Part shown: one piece after another, positions 27,195-41,797 of the stretch
Layout: each line of letters begins with the position of its first letter
Position numbering within the stretch: position 1 is the first letter of the stretch
NCBI GenBank assembly: GCA_051362555.1
Contig: CM120646.1
Coordinates: 16,306,001-16,370,000, forward strand
Direction of reading: 5' to 3'
Source of the DNA: Lingula anatina
Lineage: Eukaryota > Animalia > Brachiopoda
Length of the DNA: 64,000 nt
The notes under the pieces: generated by a model
The model's input: the letters and a program-made list of their open reading frames with translations, nothing else
Databases searched by the model: none
What the model was told of the DNA's origin: nothing
Program-made: the position numbers and the translations under genes

Positions 27195-30100
27195 TTTCTT
27201 CAAAAATATTTTAGCAGGTCTGTTTTTCCGCGCGCCTTTAAATCGTCGCTGGAGATCAGATGAATTATAGGCCAGTAGAAAGGGATCGCCATATCTTCAA
27301 AGTAAACGCACATTAAGGGCCATTTCTGCATCTTAAAATCTTGACTACTCCGGGCACTGCAACAGATCCTATTCCAAAGCCAAGAAGCCGCAGGTACATA
27401 AGCCTAATAAAAATAGTGCTGTAACTTATTTTAACGCAGCGGGGTTAATTTTACAATGGCTAGCACCGTTAAATGTTTATAGTTTATGAATTAGGAAAAT
27501 TTTCGTTACATTTCAATACAGAAAGTCCGATAACAGAAATAAGAAAAGCTGTTCCCATTGCAGAGACATAAGGGTAACTTTTGATGAGCTTTAGTGGACG
27601 TGGTGGTATTGAGCTCCAGACTTAGCTCCGAGGTTGCTACCTGTATTTCCTCTTACTGGGCACTTATCTCTATCGTAGTCCCCCAAGGATTGTGCACCAT
27701 TTGTTTCATAACACACTTTCTTCCGATTTTTATTAAGACCCAAGCGAAACATGCTTACCTACATAATGCAATATATATTAGCTTGAGGGTGTACATAAAT
27801 GCGACAGGGAAAGTGTAGGTTAATTGTATGTTCATTTAATTAAATAAAACAGAGAATACGACATGACAAGGGTTTATTCTTGTTTTGTTTTGACACTTAC
27901 TTTGACACATTTACGAAATAATTGAATATATTTAATTTAGACTCACATTGTCGATCCTAGGACGTAGATAATGCTGGAATGTTTGGCAACAGTGCGGTAG
28001 CGCGTGTGGTTGTGTTCTGAGTTTCATGTGTGTGTTGTGAGTTTTGTGTTGTTGATTTGTGCGTACGTGTGAGAGTGGGTTGTTGTGTTGTGACTTTTGT
28101 GTTGTGGCCCTTATACGTTTCCGTACAACAGATTAACCGTTGTAAAGAAATGGTGTCTCAGGTTAACTGTTAGAGCAGATACATGTAACAAAATGATGTT
28201 TTAAGATCAATGAGAGGACGTTTGTTCATCATAAACATCAAACAATATCAATATTCCTCTAAAATTTCCTTTTAAGTAATTTTGATAAGATGCCTTAGCC
28301 TACTTTATCCTTCCCGGAAGTAATCAGCACTAGATTATGATTATTTATAAGTATTATAGTTTATTTAAACTTTTCATCACACGTTGGTTATTTCGGTTAC
28401 GCACTGACAGTCCGCAGGTTCTAAAATGCACATCGCCCTAGTCGCCGACTAACAACAGTTCCAATTTGAAAATACCCACTAGGTGTAATTCAAACAGTGA
28501 AAGACGCTTGTGACCCTACGTTGGGCCGACATCATGCTGGCAACGTTTCTCAGATCAATTATGATAATAGTTACAATTTAAAACAAAAAATAATGTTCTC
28601 TTCACGTTTGTTAATGGTCTAACCAATATATATAACCCTGTGGTAACGTAATCAAAAAGTTCTGGGCTACATGTAGCTGGGTGCGAACCCGTCCTCCAAT
28701 AGATTCTTAAAGGTGAGGGTTAGCGTGACGTAAGAGGGTCAAACCCTAGGATGGGACTTACTGGTGCTGTGCCCATAAATTTTATACGTACCGAACACTG
28801 CATCACGGCTGACTCTTTCAAACATGAAACCGGTTTGAATTGTTTTACATCTAGCAAAACAACAGTTTCACTGTGACGTCATAGAAAGAGGTTTCCAAAT
28901 TGAAAATAGGTCCAAAATCACCATCAAGTATGATACCTTTACATAGCCTGCAGTCCATTCCTATTCGCTTTCAACAGTAGCCGTATTCGTATCTTCTTCA
29001 TTTGTCAAATGCATTTTATTTTATGTATCACCACTGGTGTTCATTAAAAGTTACAGGCACTGTCTCCCTATCCACATGCTTTACGTCAAGGAATATAATT
29101 TGAGGTTTATTACCTGACATTAGCAAAGGCGTAAGCCATGACCTTTACAACAAAAAATAATAACTTACTGAAAAGTGTTTTTCTGCTGCATCTAAGATTA
29201 ATGAAGATAATAGTTTGTCTTACGATGGGCTTGTAAAATGGCAAATCTCAGTTGCTTGGTTTGATATTTTCGAAATTAGAAAAATTTAAAAAAACTGACT
29301 TGTTACAATCGGAGGACAAGAAAAAAGTTCGAGTTGCACGTCTGTTGTGTGCTTGTAGCCTCATTGAAATAGAAAAACGTTTGTACCAACCTTTCAGGCA
29401 ACGTGCATGAAGTACTGAATCCATTTCTCAATCTTTCACCAAGGTCGGATTTGACGTTTGTCATCTGTCAGCTCTGGTTACTGAAGTAAGCGTTTATATC
29501 TCCAAACTGAAAAGCAGGCAAGGGTCACGGTAAAGGTCATGTCGGGATATTCTACGAGAATTATATAGAATAATAGTATTTTTATTTTTGATAACTTTAC
29601 ATTTGTTTCCAAATAACATAAAAATATCTATGTAAGATTTTAAGTAAACGTTAATTACACAAACCACTTCAACCTAGAAGTTGAAATCAATTGAGGCCAA
29701 GCAATTTTGATCATTTTAACAGATAAATACCATGTACTTATGTCGCCAATAGGATCACCACCTCACGAACCTCTCCACCAGTCAACCTCCTTGACACATT
29801 TGTGAACCACGCGCACCTCGGAAGTCAGTGCACGAAGTAATGGCAGCATTTGAAAAACCCAGAAGTTTTTCGCGTTTTTCAGTGGGATCCTTTTATGACA
29901 GACAACGTGCGTTATAGATACGTATGTAGACCTGAAGCAAACATTTGATAATTTTATGTTGCAGGCAAATTGGTGTTGACCATTTATACTAAATTCCGTT
30001 CAAATGGGGATTTTAAAGCCTACACAATAAAAAAAGTTAGAAAACGAATACTGATTATCAGTGGTCCCGGCAATAGGTCCGCTTCAAACTCACAATCTGA

Positions 30101-31547
30101 GGCCAAGAGCCTATTCTACGCTCCTAACGATATTCAATCACATGAAACAACACGGCACAAAGAAATTGGCATGGAAGGCGGATTGGTGTCACAGGTATGA
30201 TGGTTAAAAAGGAGTGACTCTCAGTAAACAGGGTCAGGAGACAAAATTTGTTTTTAGGCATCCTATGTCTAACAAGAATAGCAACACTTTTGGGTCGGTA
30301 GATTTTTTTTATTGTTAGTACTTTTTCAGTTTTAACTTAGTGGTTGAAAATGTCAAATCAAAATGTGGCCGATTAAAAAACATAGCATCAACGTCATCAA
30401 TGTTTCCGGGGTTGTTTTGTAGCCTTGCTAAAACATAACACAATTAATTTTTCCTGATGCGAGCTTAAATCTCATTTCATCAAAATTTAAGTCAATCGTT
30501 CTCGTTAACCATTATATCAATTTTGTCTGGCCTAAACAGAACTGTTCCTGCCACTAATTGCTCTACAGCTTCAAGACGAGAAAACATGTACGGTTTTAAA
30601 GAAGAATGGAAGGCTGTGCTGGAATTTATATGTCACGAATGCATCCGTAGTTGTGAATGCTAAAGTTGAAGCAATACGATGCCAACAACTCGTTTCTCGT
30701 GACTCTTGGGTACATATCTGCACTGTAGGAGACAACCCGTGCGCGATGTAATCCTTTACACGTGCCAAAAATACTAGTACTAAAGCACTATGTAAAAAAA
30801 ATTAAAGAAAACTTAAACTAAAAACTATGTTAAAACATTAGTTGGTATTGGAATTGGCTTTAGAAGAATAGAAGGTGTAGTTCTATATTAATTGTGGCAT
30901 TTCTCTACACGAATCAAGTTCGTGCTTATTGAAACATACATAAAGATGTTTTTTTGCCTTCACCTCAATTTTTAAAAAAACATGCCATCCAATAATTGGT
31001 CTCAGTGACACAACACGACGTAATCTCTGCGACACTGAAAATACCTTTCCCACTACATAAATCCTGTCGCCGACGTCTGTGACTTCTCTGCCATTGGTCC
31101 ACGTCACGTGTTAGGCCAGAAGCTTATATATTTCCTCACAGCGTTGTTCTAACGATATATAATATTTGGTCGGTGTACATGGTTGATTCCTCCTACACAC
31201 AATACAGGTGTCTGATGTTTACTCTGTTGGTCACCAGTTTTACGTTATAAACGGGTAAGTTGGCTCTAGACTTGGCTTCACGAAATATTACACCAATTAT
31301 TTCATTGATTTTACATTGTAATACCATAAATTGAAGTCATCATTTGCGTTGGCGATGGCGTTTAGTTGTGTCTTTAAGAGTTATAGATATGTCCTAAATG
31401 GATAATAGACGCAGTTTCAACTCATAATATAGAGGCGCTTATTGTTATCTATAGATGGAAAATAAAATTTATTGGGCGTTTGGGTGGATGTATTTTATTA
31501 TGCGAATATGATGACACTCATCGGTAGAAACCTTGACTACGTACACT

Positions 31548-31549
<2 letters not shown>

Positions 31550-31582
<33 letters not shown>
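31550..31582. repeat. (GA)n microsatellite
   Basis: Directly visible. Confidence 0.95.
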
Positions 31583-31587
<5 letters not shown>

Positions 31588-32329
31588 AGGCCCATTTTAG
31601 AATACGCCCCTAAACGTGTGTATCTTATCCAAAGCATACCACTGCGACAAAGCCGAAACGAAAAGAAAACTGACAAACTCACGACGTCTCTGCAGAAAGC
31701 ATTTTTTAGTCTTAACTAAACGAGATTGGAGAAGTGTACTTCCATAAAACTTTTAATACAGTGGAAAGGTGCATAGTTTATACTGGCTATTATGAAAAAA
31801 TGCGATCAATACTCGTTTTCGTGTTATGTAGCACACTGAGAGAAATGGCATAGACATGATCTACATGTAGGTATTCCATCTTATGATAAGCTGTCTTGTT
31901 TTAATTGATTTTGCAGTGTTCGGCCATAATATTATTATCACAATTTTCTTTCGTAATTTTGTTTTGCAGTTACTATGGCCTAACGCCATGTCCTGTAACT
32001 ACGGTACAGTTTACCCTTAGTTTTATATAATACAATATATTTAAACCAAGTATAAATCAATTATCGAGGGTGAAAATGTAGTGGTTGGTTAAGGATATTT
32101 TTCTTTCAGTGCTGAATGTTTTACTATATAATGAGCTTAAACCAGGTGTTAATCAATTATCGAGGGTGAAAAGGTATTTGAACCGGCCAATTGTTGTTTA
32201 TTCCTATAAGTTCCCTGTGCTTTTCTTGCATGGGGCATTTAAGCAAGACTGAGAATATGGTTTAAGTTGTTATATAATTGTACTTGATGCAGACATTCAG
32301 TTCGTCAGGCTGTTGGTATAAATCAATTA

Positions 32330-32600
32330 ATCAATTACCACTTCTCTTTTAAAGACCCACTTTTTTAATTCTGTCTATATCTCTTAGATTTTGTTTTAAT
32401 ATATATATGTTTTTTTTTTTTTTTTTAATAGGATTGATTTTTAGTAGTGTAAATTTTAAATGGTTTCCAATGAGAGTTTATGATTAAAATATTGTAGTCA
32501 TTTTAATGATTTTAGTATATTAGCCATTATTGTAAGGCGCCTTGAGATAGAATGTAAGGCGCCATATAAGAATCTTATTATTATTATTATTATTATTATT
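32330..32600 (+). mobile_element. L2-type LINE 3' end fragment
   Basis: ttttaaagacccacttttt (KTH-type ORF end), then tgtaaggcgccttgag...aggcgccatataagaatc followed by an (tta)n tail, the typical L2 3' terminus. Confidence 0.65.
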
Positions 32601-34416
32601 TGCTCATCACCAACCGAAGCAAACAAAGCATCCAGTTTTCCCTTTGAACAATTTTGGCTCTCAACCTGTCTGATAATTCCCAAGCCAACTGATAACTTAA
32701 GAACAAATGGAGACTTCGTACGAGAAATGATGTTTCTCGAACACTTGCAGAATTTTGGCATTTTTTTAATGTTTTTCAATTTCTCTCTCGTTGGTGCCAA
32801 GAGTGCTTGGGTATTATTATTTCCGCTGTTTTCCACATGTATATAATTGTGCAGTACCCATCTCCTTGTAGCATTAGTGAACTTTGATTAAGTTTTTTTT
32901 TAACTTGCTCGAGCGGCATACCAGATACATGTACATGTAGGTCCTTAATCCGTCGAAAGAAAATATATTTGGGGAAACTCGTGCTCATATTTGGTCCCAT
33001 GTGTTATTTCTTTATCACAAAATACATTAATCAATGTCAAAATGACATTTTTGTAGATTAAGCCACGATGATGTTTCTCAGGCATACTATAGTACCATGG
33101 GCAGCTTTAGCAGGTAACTTACATGTATTAAAACTAAATTCCTAAGCTTCTTGTATAATGGTGAACGGATTAGATATGCGTAGTGAACAGACATGAAGAG
33201 CACGGTGAATATTCGTGAACAAGTAAGACTTTTAAAATGTGTAATTTGCAAGCGCCAAGTTTACCACTGGGACAAAAAGATAGAAAACAAAGTGGGCAGA
33301 ACGCAAAGAAGATAATGATGTGCCCATAAAAAACTGTTTACATATGTAAATACAGTGAGGTTAAATCGAGAGAAGGATTTATTTTATTTTATTTTATTTT
33401 ATTTTTTGAAAGGTTATTGATGTGTCGGATAGGTGCATGTATGTACCAGTGAAATAAAAAAAAGGTTTATGTATATCAACCAAAAGAAAATGATGAAGAT
33501 AATGCTAATAATAATAATAGTGATAGACATGTAAATATAAATAATACTTGTGCTCACAAAGCCTAAAACTGAATCCGCCAGTGAATACTAATAAATGGAG
33601 CTTTTAAGTCGCTAGATCGTCAGGTTTCCTCTAATTAATTGTCGCAGCCTGTGGAGCTCTTACGATAATGGTTAGCACACCCGAGGAGACACTGTGGGAT
33701 TGAAACATATACCAGTATCTTTCGTGTCTCCCATTAAAGCTACGCCATTCATTAACCTGCGGCATTTCTAGGAAGGGCTTTACAAATGGCTAGTCGCGTT
33801 ACATGTATGTGTGGAACATATAACGATAATCCATTACTTTACAGTCCCTTACGGTGTATCTAGGGCAGTAGGGTACCGTGCCTTTGGCGCCAATTATAGG
33901 TGGCGCCACCGAAACGTTTCCATCAAGCTTTTTAGTTTTATCTCCTGAAAATCGAGAATCTGTGCTTTTTCAATTGAATTACAGGTAAAGCCATGTCTTA
34001 AAAACAAGAGTCAGACATTAAGAAACGGACTAACTTTTATATAGCATGCCTTGAATTGAGGTAATTGACGTCGGGTTTCCTGAAGCCGACATATAATATC
34101 ATATGCATTTATTTATTAACGTACATACCGGTATATTTCGGTCATTCCCACTCCAAATGTGGTCAACGGTACTTGGCGTTCAGGTCGACGCATTTGTCAT
34201 ATCCTAAGCATGATCCAGTGATCAATATATAAACATATGCGATTAAATTTCTAAATTTGTATACTATGATCTGAGGCTAAGTGAAGGAATGTGACGCTTT
34301 TGCGCTTATGTTGTAATTATTTTGATTTTGTTTTAGTTTGAAATTATATATTTCTTATGTGTGTTCTGCTCGCTATACGATATTGTACACATACAGTTAT
34401 AATAAAATAATAACAA

Positions 34417-34439
34417 TACTACTTTAACTACTACTACTT

Positions 34440-34479
<40 letters not shown>
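34417..34479. repeat. (CTA)n microsatellite, possibly a retroelement tail
   Basis: Directly visible; preceded by AATAAA. Confidence 0.9.
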
Positions 34480-34666
34480 GGTAGCTCAACCTACAAGTAT
34501 GGCCTTTGACCTGAAGGTCCATGACGCCACAATATTTGAGGAAATTCTCTTAGTTTCAAAAACCAATCCCCGCGCCATGCTTTACATAAAAAAACGAACG
34601 TTGCTTTCCACCCTTTTTATACTCTGCATTTATTTTTCTTTACAGTAAGGCCGGTGAGAACACAGC

Positions 34667-35935
34667 ATGAATGGTAGCCAGTTGCTCTTACCGCGTCTGG
34701 CTAGAATGTGGCGGGGAGACGTCGACGTCACCAATAGTTCTTGGTGCTACGGCTTGTCGCCATGCCTCGCTGCGGGAGATTATGGGTTACAGGCGCCGGT
34801 CAACCCTGCAGATGACGTCGAAATCAATGCGATCAGGGATGCTGATTATGAAGAATTCTACACAATGGCGCAGCAAATCACAGGGTTGTATCTGTACCCT
34901 ATAATATGTATCCTAGGACTTACAGGAAACATGCTGTCTATTATTGTCATGGCCCAGAGCAAGTTACAGACGTCCACTAACGTGTATCTGGCTGCGCTGG
35001 CCTGCTCGGACTCCATTAAACTATTGAACGATCTTTTATACTTTATCGTAATACTGTTAATGAAGATTGACCCAGTGATTGCCAATGCGCTTTACGGTCA
35101 TTTGTATCCTTACGCTCACTTTGTATTCAACGTGGCCATGTGCAACACGGCCTGGCTGACTGTATCGGTCACCGTGGAGAGGTATGTCTACGTGTGTTTC
35201 CCGACACGAGCGAAGACGCTGTGCACCGTCAGACTGGCAAGGAAGGTCTGCGCATGCGTGTTCGTTGTCATGACTGGTTTAGCGATCCCCAACGCGTTAC
35301 GTTACAAAACAGTGGAGATAATAGACTCTAAGACCAATGTCACGACGCTGGACGTAGTTGTGACGGCGTTATGGAAGGATGACACTTTTAAAATCGTGTT
35401 CACTTGGGTGCAGAACCTCACAAGGTCTGTTATTCCACTCCTTGTGCTAGCAGTGTTCAATGCATCAATCATCCAAGTGCTGCGCCGCTCTCGCGCCAAC
35501 CGTAAAGTGCCTGCAAGGAAGCGTATTACGGTGATGCTGGTGTGCATTGTGTTCGTATTTCTCATCTGTGTCACACCTGATGCAATCCTGTCCACGTTCT
35601 TTGGCTTTGGCTACAACGAGGCCAGTTTCGTTGTGCGCGGCATCCGGGAGTATACGGACACGTTACTTGCAGTGAACAGCGCCATCAATTTTCTCCTCTA
35701 CTGTACCTTTAACAAAATATTCAGGCTCAATTTTATGCTCATATTTTGCAGACGGTGCTACATCGACAATAAACATTCCGACGTATCCAGGTTTAATAAA
35801 CTGAAATTTAGTAAAGAATTGTCCGGGAAGATTTCTTGTACCTTGAAGGGCTCGACCATAATCTGTGCCAAAACGACTGATTCACGAAGACCATGTTTCA
35901 GAAGCAGCTCAGGCGACAAAGGGACCTTAGTATGA
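34667..35935 (+). CDS. Rhodopsin-class 7TM peptide GPCR, FMRFamide/proctolin/sex-peptide-receptor-like group, 422 aa, single coding exon
   Basis: Seven hydrophobic helices; GLTGN (TM1), YLAALACSD (TM2), VTVERY (TM3), IPLLVL..FN (TM5), FLICVTP (TM6), NSAINFLLY (TM7), NKIFR (helix 8). N-terminal sequons NGS and NSS. Splice acceptor at 34645. Confidence 0.93.
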   Translation: MNGSQLLLPRLARMWRGDVDVTNSSWCYGLSPCLAAGDYGLQAPVNPADDVEINAIRDADYEEFYTMAQQITGLYLYPIICILGLTGNMLSIIVMAQSKLQTSTNVYLAALACSDSIKLLNDLLYFIVILLMKIDPVIANALYGHLYPYAHFVFNVAMCNTAWLTVSVTVERYVYVCFPTRAKTLCTVRLARKVCACVFVVMTGLAIPNALRYKTVEIIDSKTNVTTLDVVVTALWKDDTFKIVFTWVQNLTRSVIPLLVLAVFNASIIQVLRRSRANRKVPARKRITVMLVCIVFVFLICVTPDAILSTFFGFGYNEASFVVRGIREYTDTLLAVNSAINFLLYCTFNKIFRLNFMLIFCRRCYIDNKHSDVSRFNKLKFSKELSGKISCTLKGSTIICAKTTDSRRPCFRSSSGDKGTLV

Positions 35936-36101
35936 AATGTAAAAGATCGGTATCTGCGTGGATAAAATCCTGGCAAATGTCGCCCCCTAGCAGTTGAAAA
36001 ATACAACTGTATTTTACAAATGGTTTTATATTTTATATTCGTTGCAGCTGGCGATATCGTACAATGAAACAATTGGCTAGAATCCTGTCACAGATCTCCG
36101 C

Positions 36102-36102
<1 letters not shown>

Positions 36103-36164
<62 letters not shown>
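36103..36164. repeat. (ATT)n microsatellite in probable 3' UTR
   Basis: Directly visible. Confidence 0.95.
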
Positions 36165-38919
36165 TTGTGTTAAGCATAATCAGTGTTAAGATTCACACGA
36201 CTTATGCCCATTAATTTTGTCATGATGGGTCATTTACTTGGGAATTCGAAACCCCATTCAGTCCAAACTTTTTACTTGAGATAACATTTACAAGCAACAA
36301 TATGGCGTGTATATTCGAAAACTGACAACATGATTTATGGCAGGTTTTGCCATGAATTGTTGAGTTTATTTTTATCTTTTGGTAGAACGCTTACACACAA
36401 GGGCATTTCGGTTGCATGTTGATTTACTGATTGTTCAAGTCTTTTATCTGCTCAGTATTACTTGCACCCTATCAGTACATGTACATGTATATACCCTCAT
36501 TAGGCAGCACGTGTCGTACTGTGGTTCATATCGATTGAAATTACACGGAAAGATGCAGGGCCACAGATATGTTTTTCACTAGATATTCACAGATATTTTT
36601 TGTCTAATTCTGTGCACGTTTCTGTTTTGTATCAAGACATATTATTTACCCGGAAATGACGTCATTACCCAGCTGGCCTCTGGGAGAGATAATAATATTA
36701 TATTCTTATAAAAAATGAGGCCACAAGATGGAGCACCTCTTTCTTTCCTCTTATTAAAGCAGAAGTATCAAGTTCAGTACATGTAGCTGATTTTTACCCA
36801 CCAGTATAGCACTAGCACTAGCTACGGTGTACCTTTATATTGCATGTACTAGTGTATGTAGGTACACTTCCTTTCAAGTTGAGAAGCGATATTGCTCGGG
36901 TTTGATTTGTTTTTGTTAATTGGTGCAATTATTTGATGGCAGAACTATTGCGCGCGTAAAAGATCATTTCAAAAAGTGTAATTATTTCAGCATTCAAAAA
37001 CAGGAAGAAGAGTTGTCATTTGAATTCATCTCAAATCTACCTCAAATATGGCAACTGGCTGGCGTTTTAAGAAGTACCGGGGGTAAACTGTTGTTCAGAA
37101 GGGTTCTCACCCTTAATAAAATACATGTCTTTCGTTACAAACTTCAAATTTTCTTTTATGCACAGCTGTATCATTGCAGATACATGTCTTTAATCGCTAA
37201 ATATGCAAATGAAAGACCAGCTAGGGTTTATTGCAGGTCAGGTCTCATCTATTTGACAGACTACTTTTATAGTAGCCAAGCCACATGTTACAGTTTCTAT
37301 TTGCATATCCCCAACACTCGTAACTTTATTTGGAACTGTCATCCGTTGACATGCACGCATATTTGACCTAGACAATTTCAATGGTCACTGATTACTGCAA
37401 CGAAAAAAGAAGCAAAAATATCAACATATTTATAGCTTCAAAAACCTATAACATTGTTAAAGATTCAAATTTTCGAGGTTGTGACAACCATTTTGAGCAA
37501 TAGTGTACTTTTTGTGTGAGGAATATTAGACCTTAATAAACCATAAGTATAAAGCTACGTAAACCATTTCAGATTCATAGCCAGAATATTTTTGTAATGC
37601 TTACAATATACGCTTATTGCGTTTTGCTGTGACAAAGAAACAAGATGTGTCGTAAATGCCAAAACATGTACGTACTTGCGATGATCATGAATAAAAGGCA
37701 ACGAAATTTGAGTCCGTTCAGCAGAGTTTTATTCCAAAACATATCTAGATAATATAAATGAATTTAGATATAACCGCCATGGGGCAGGAAAATGATAGGG
37801 TGGAATGAGAATGATTCTAATGTTATCCTTGCTAAATACATGGTCGTGCAAATATATTACAAAATATATATTATTTGATCTAAATATAATATTATTTAGC
37901 AGTTTTCATTAGAATATACATCTTAGATGCACCCGTTTTGACAACGTACATTTTTTTGGCACGACACGATTCACGAAACGTTCGCAATTGATTAACAACT
38001 GTGGGTGTGAAATTTTACCAATTGTACACAAAGACGTGTCGACACAAAGAATGTATTTTATTTTGGGGATAACAGTCCCAGTGATGTGAAACCATGAGGG
38101 TTTATTAACATTTCATTCGTTGAATAAAATACTTGTTGTTACACATAATGCGTTTCTTCATTGAAGACTACTACAGTCCTTTAAGGTAGGACCTAAGTCT
38201 GTTTTTACACTTCAAATCACTAACACAAACAAACTCAAATACTAACACGAGATATTCGAGAATTTTTTTCTTTTTTTTAAAGTGCACTTCAACAAGCTAA
38301 ATGAAACGAGTCTGTCCCCCTCCCCCATCCGTAAAATTTGAATTCCTTGTAGCCATAATTTATTTTAATGTTATAAACTTTTTTTAATGTAAATGGACCC
38401 ATACAATTGTGTGCACTATATCTTCCTGGAGAATAATGGAAAAATAAAAAAAGGAAGAGGTAATCTGATATAAAAGAGATATTTTATTTTTCTCGCCTTT
38501 AGGTTACAGCCAACAACATTCATGGTGACAAAATTCATCACGTCGTGATTTAGGGATCATCCATCATCTGCACAAGTCTACGTATACATGTACTTCAGAG
38601 AGTTCAAAGCTAAAAATGATGACGTTTGACAGCAATTTGCATAATCATTTTTATTATTTGTCAAAAGAGAATATTAACCCCCCCCCCCCCACACACACAC
38701 ACACACCCGAACACTCACACACAAACCAACATACGATTTATAGACTTGAGCAAATGATGATAAAATGAATAACTCCGTAGTAATTTTACCAAAAAAAATT
38801 ATTACAAAAATCTCTATTAGATCGGTGTGCATTTTTGACTTAGGGACGGTGAGGCACAAGTGCTAGTAGAGCATGTTATATAACGGAGCCCATATGACCC
38901 TAGGGGTCATCTATGGTAT

Positions 38920-40047
38920 CTATGGTCCCTTCTGCGTTCAAAATGTGGTCAGGACGCTCAACGGTCGCCAAAACAATTAAATCGTGTCTCGGTGTAAAGG
39001 CGTCTGCGTCCCTTGTGCGTCCTTTGAACGACCGAATCTTGATTTTACCTATAAAACTGCGAGCGACCTGCCTGCCTCCCCTGTACGTCCCCTGTGCAAC
39101 CCAAGGCGTCAATTGCGATGTTTGAGCGACCATTGAGCATTCTTGCTGCGTTCTCTGTACCTTCATCGGCCATCAGTGGCGTCTATTCTACGATCATTCT
39201 GCATCCTGCTTGACCGATGAGCGTTGTTTTGGGCGTCCTTCTCTATATTCTAACTCATATTTTTTCATCGGTTCTAACCAGGTCATCCAATAAAGAACAT
39301 TTCCAGCACACAAAACAAAAAAATGGGAATAAACGCTTTAAACTATAGTGATGCAAGGTCTGTATGGACTGATAATCAGCCAGATGCTCATTGTTATCCA
39401 GGATTCCTTATAAGAAGGATGGACAGGCGCCGAAAACTAGAAAGTATGACTGACACAACATAGAATATTTGAATCCGTTTTCAAATGACGCATTCTGCAA
39501 AAAGTTCTGACAATTAATTCATCTTGTAAAAAAGGCAAAATATTCGTTTTATAATAACCTAAAAAATGGATCTTTTCATGAATTTTAGGGGAAAAAACAA
39601 TCGGAGGCTGATATGAGACCACTGTTGCCCTTAGAATTCCTGTCTGGTGAAAAATACCTCAGCACGGCCCCGTTTGAGAGTGAAAAAAATTATGTCCTAC
39701 GTGCCGAACACTGGACGATCTTTGAGTTTTCATTCTGCAACCAAAGCGATGCTTGTGCCTCCTTTCTACGACCGCGGCGATGCTTGTGCGTCCTCTCTGC
39801 GACCACGGCGATGCTTGTGCGTCCTTTCTGCGTCCATTGAGCGACCATCCTCCATCGTGTTCTCTCTGCGATTGTTTTAAACATGCTCAAAACTTCGCGG
39901 CGTTCATGGCGTCCTCGGCGATGCTTGAACGTTCTTTTTGCGACCTTAGCGATCACCGTGCGTTCTTTGAGCGTCCGACGGCGTCCTGGCCAGTTTCATG
40001 GTCGCACAAAGGACGCAGAAAGGACGCCGTCCAGTGTAAAGGGGGTT
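38920..40047 (+). mobile_element. Longer member of the PIF/Harbinger-like family with GC-rich subterminal tandem repeats
   Basis: Right TIR ggacgccgtccagtgtaaagggggtt followed by TAA. About 30-bp tandem units gcgatgcttgtgcgtcctttctgcgacc at 39745-39850. Related GC-rich repeats at 38920-39240. Left TIR not identified. Confidence 0.7.
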
Positions 40048-40436
40048 TAAGGTGCAGTCAATGTAATCAGCTTAATTGTCTGGCACGTCCTCTTGTAACT
40101 TAAAATACTTGGGAAAAGTCGGGAAAACTTTGAGGTCCATGATGTTTTTTTTTTCATGTCGCTATGCGAGTGGACAAGCTGATCCACCTGACATCAGGTG
40201 TGTTCAGAATTTTACGCAACGGCAGGACCTATTTCTTTATTTCCGAATTTTTTCTATTTATACATAATATCTTTTTTGCTTTTACAAGAGATGTTCTTTA
40301 ATATTCTGCAGAATATAGTATGTTCTTAACCCTGGCATGTTCTACTAGTCCTACATGTACACGTTGATTGCCAGGTCATGTTCGACTATTTCCCCATCAT
40401 TTAAAGATTTCATCTTCGGCGTAGGATTTATTAATA

Positions 40437-40602
40437 CAGGGGCGGATTTAGGCCGTCTTCTGGGTCTTCTGGAAGACGGTCAGATTTTCCAAGTTTACAT
40501 TGATAGGTATCTATTTTTTTCTGTCGGAAGACGGTCAAAAATGGAGGATGGTAACAAAGATAATTTGGGAGACTGTCAGAAAAAACTCTGGATCCGCCCC
40601 TG
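40437..40602 (+). mobile_element. hAT-like MITE with 5-bp TSD (TAATA)
   Basis: TIR caggggcggat...atccgcccctg; TAATA on both sides; closely similar to 44019-44187. Confidence 0.85.
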
Positions 40603-41797
40603 TAATACTACCTAAGTCTATATACTTGTTTAATACAGTGAATTATATCATAGCCGACGATATAATTCCCTGTTCAATATGAATCAGTGAAATGAAAAGG
40701 TTATAGGCAGTTACCGGTTATATAATCGGGTCTGCAAAAGGTTGAAACCGGTACATGTCCAGTTTGTGCGCTGTGGCGCAGAGGCCTTGGTGAATAGGCG
40801 ACGGCCAAACAATAGCCCTTTCCTGAATAGCTCCGGCATAATCTCTTTTCAAATAACTTTGTTAAACACACTACGTCACGACCTGAGTAATCAATAAAGG
40901 TGATCGACACATATTTCTCTGTATCCTCACTACTCGCAGATTTAACGTATATATACAAGGGCAGTCCTTTAGGAAAAACTGATTTTCCATCTAGGTAAGT
41001 GCGTTTAAAATAAAAGTGAAAAAAATATATATTTATAAATGTATGTATGAAGGCACTTGAAGAGGTGTGGTGTGGTTAAAAATTAATGCAATTTATTGGG
41101 TACACGCAGAGAACTAGAGGTTCTTAAAGCGGATTGGGTTTATACATATGAATTTCACGATAATTACAATCACGGATGCCTGAGAAAAGATAACTTTGTA
41201 GTAGTACTACATGTATTCGTATTCCTATTTCCGATGTTAACTTTTATCCAGTTAACGATCTATTTTACCTTTGTTTTAAAGGAGGTTAGCAGGGTTGACT
41301 TACGAGTGTACCGGATATATAATCTTTCGTGTTTTAATTTGATTTATTAAATTCTGAAAGACCCAAAAAATGGTGTCAAGTTACATGTGGCTAACCCAAG
41401 TGGCACTGGAAAAAGCAAAACAAAACAGAAATGAAATAAAATAAAATAAACCAGCGGACACCTACAGTAGCAACTGACAGAGGGTCCGGGTTCGCCTTTC
41501 CAGTACTTCTATCAAGGTCAATGTCGAGAACAGGCCAGGAAAACTCGCACTGTGGGCCATTTCTCTATGATTATGTGTAGCATATGCGTATAATTTAGTT
41601 CTTGTGCCATATCTATAGACACACCTCCACATTACACTGTCACTGGCAGCTGTGGCTCTTCTTGAGTTTCCAATATGGCGTCCGACCCGAAAATTCATAA
41701 CGTAACGATTGAAAAGTTGGGTCAACGACATCAATTAGAGTCTGGTGGGAGCAAGGGATCCACGTGCAACCTCATGACAACTCACTGGGACATTTAT

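Noticed and set aside
28874-28881. TGACGTCA CRE palindromes (also about 1111 and 36657)
   Set aside because: A few 8-mers in 64 kb with no supporting context.
34671-36072. Alternative-frame and antisense ORFs over the GPCR (and likewise 57881-59372)
   Set aside because: Shadow ORFs of the real coding sequence.
36920-37366. 148-aa ORF downstream of the first GPCR
   Set aside because: Non-ATG start, no domain, no clear splice signals.
39613-40103. Overlapping ORFs and about 30-bp repeats resembling a CRISPR array
   Set aside because: Head-to-tail repeats with no unique spacers, inside a MITE subterminal region of a eukaryotic genome.
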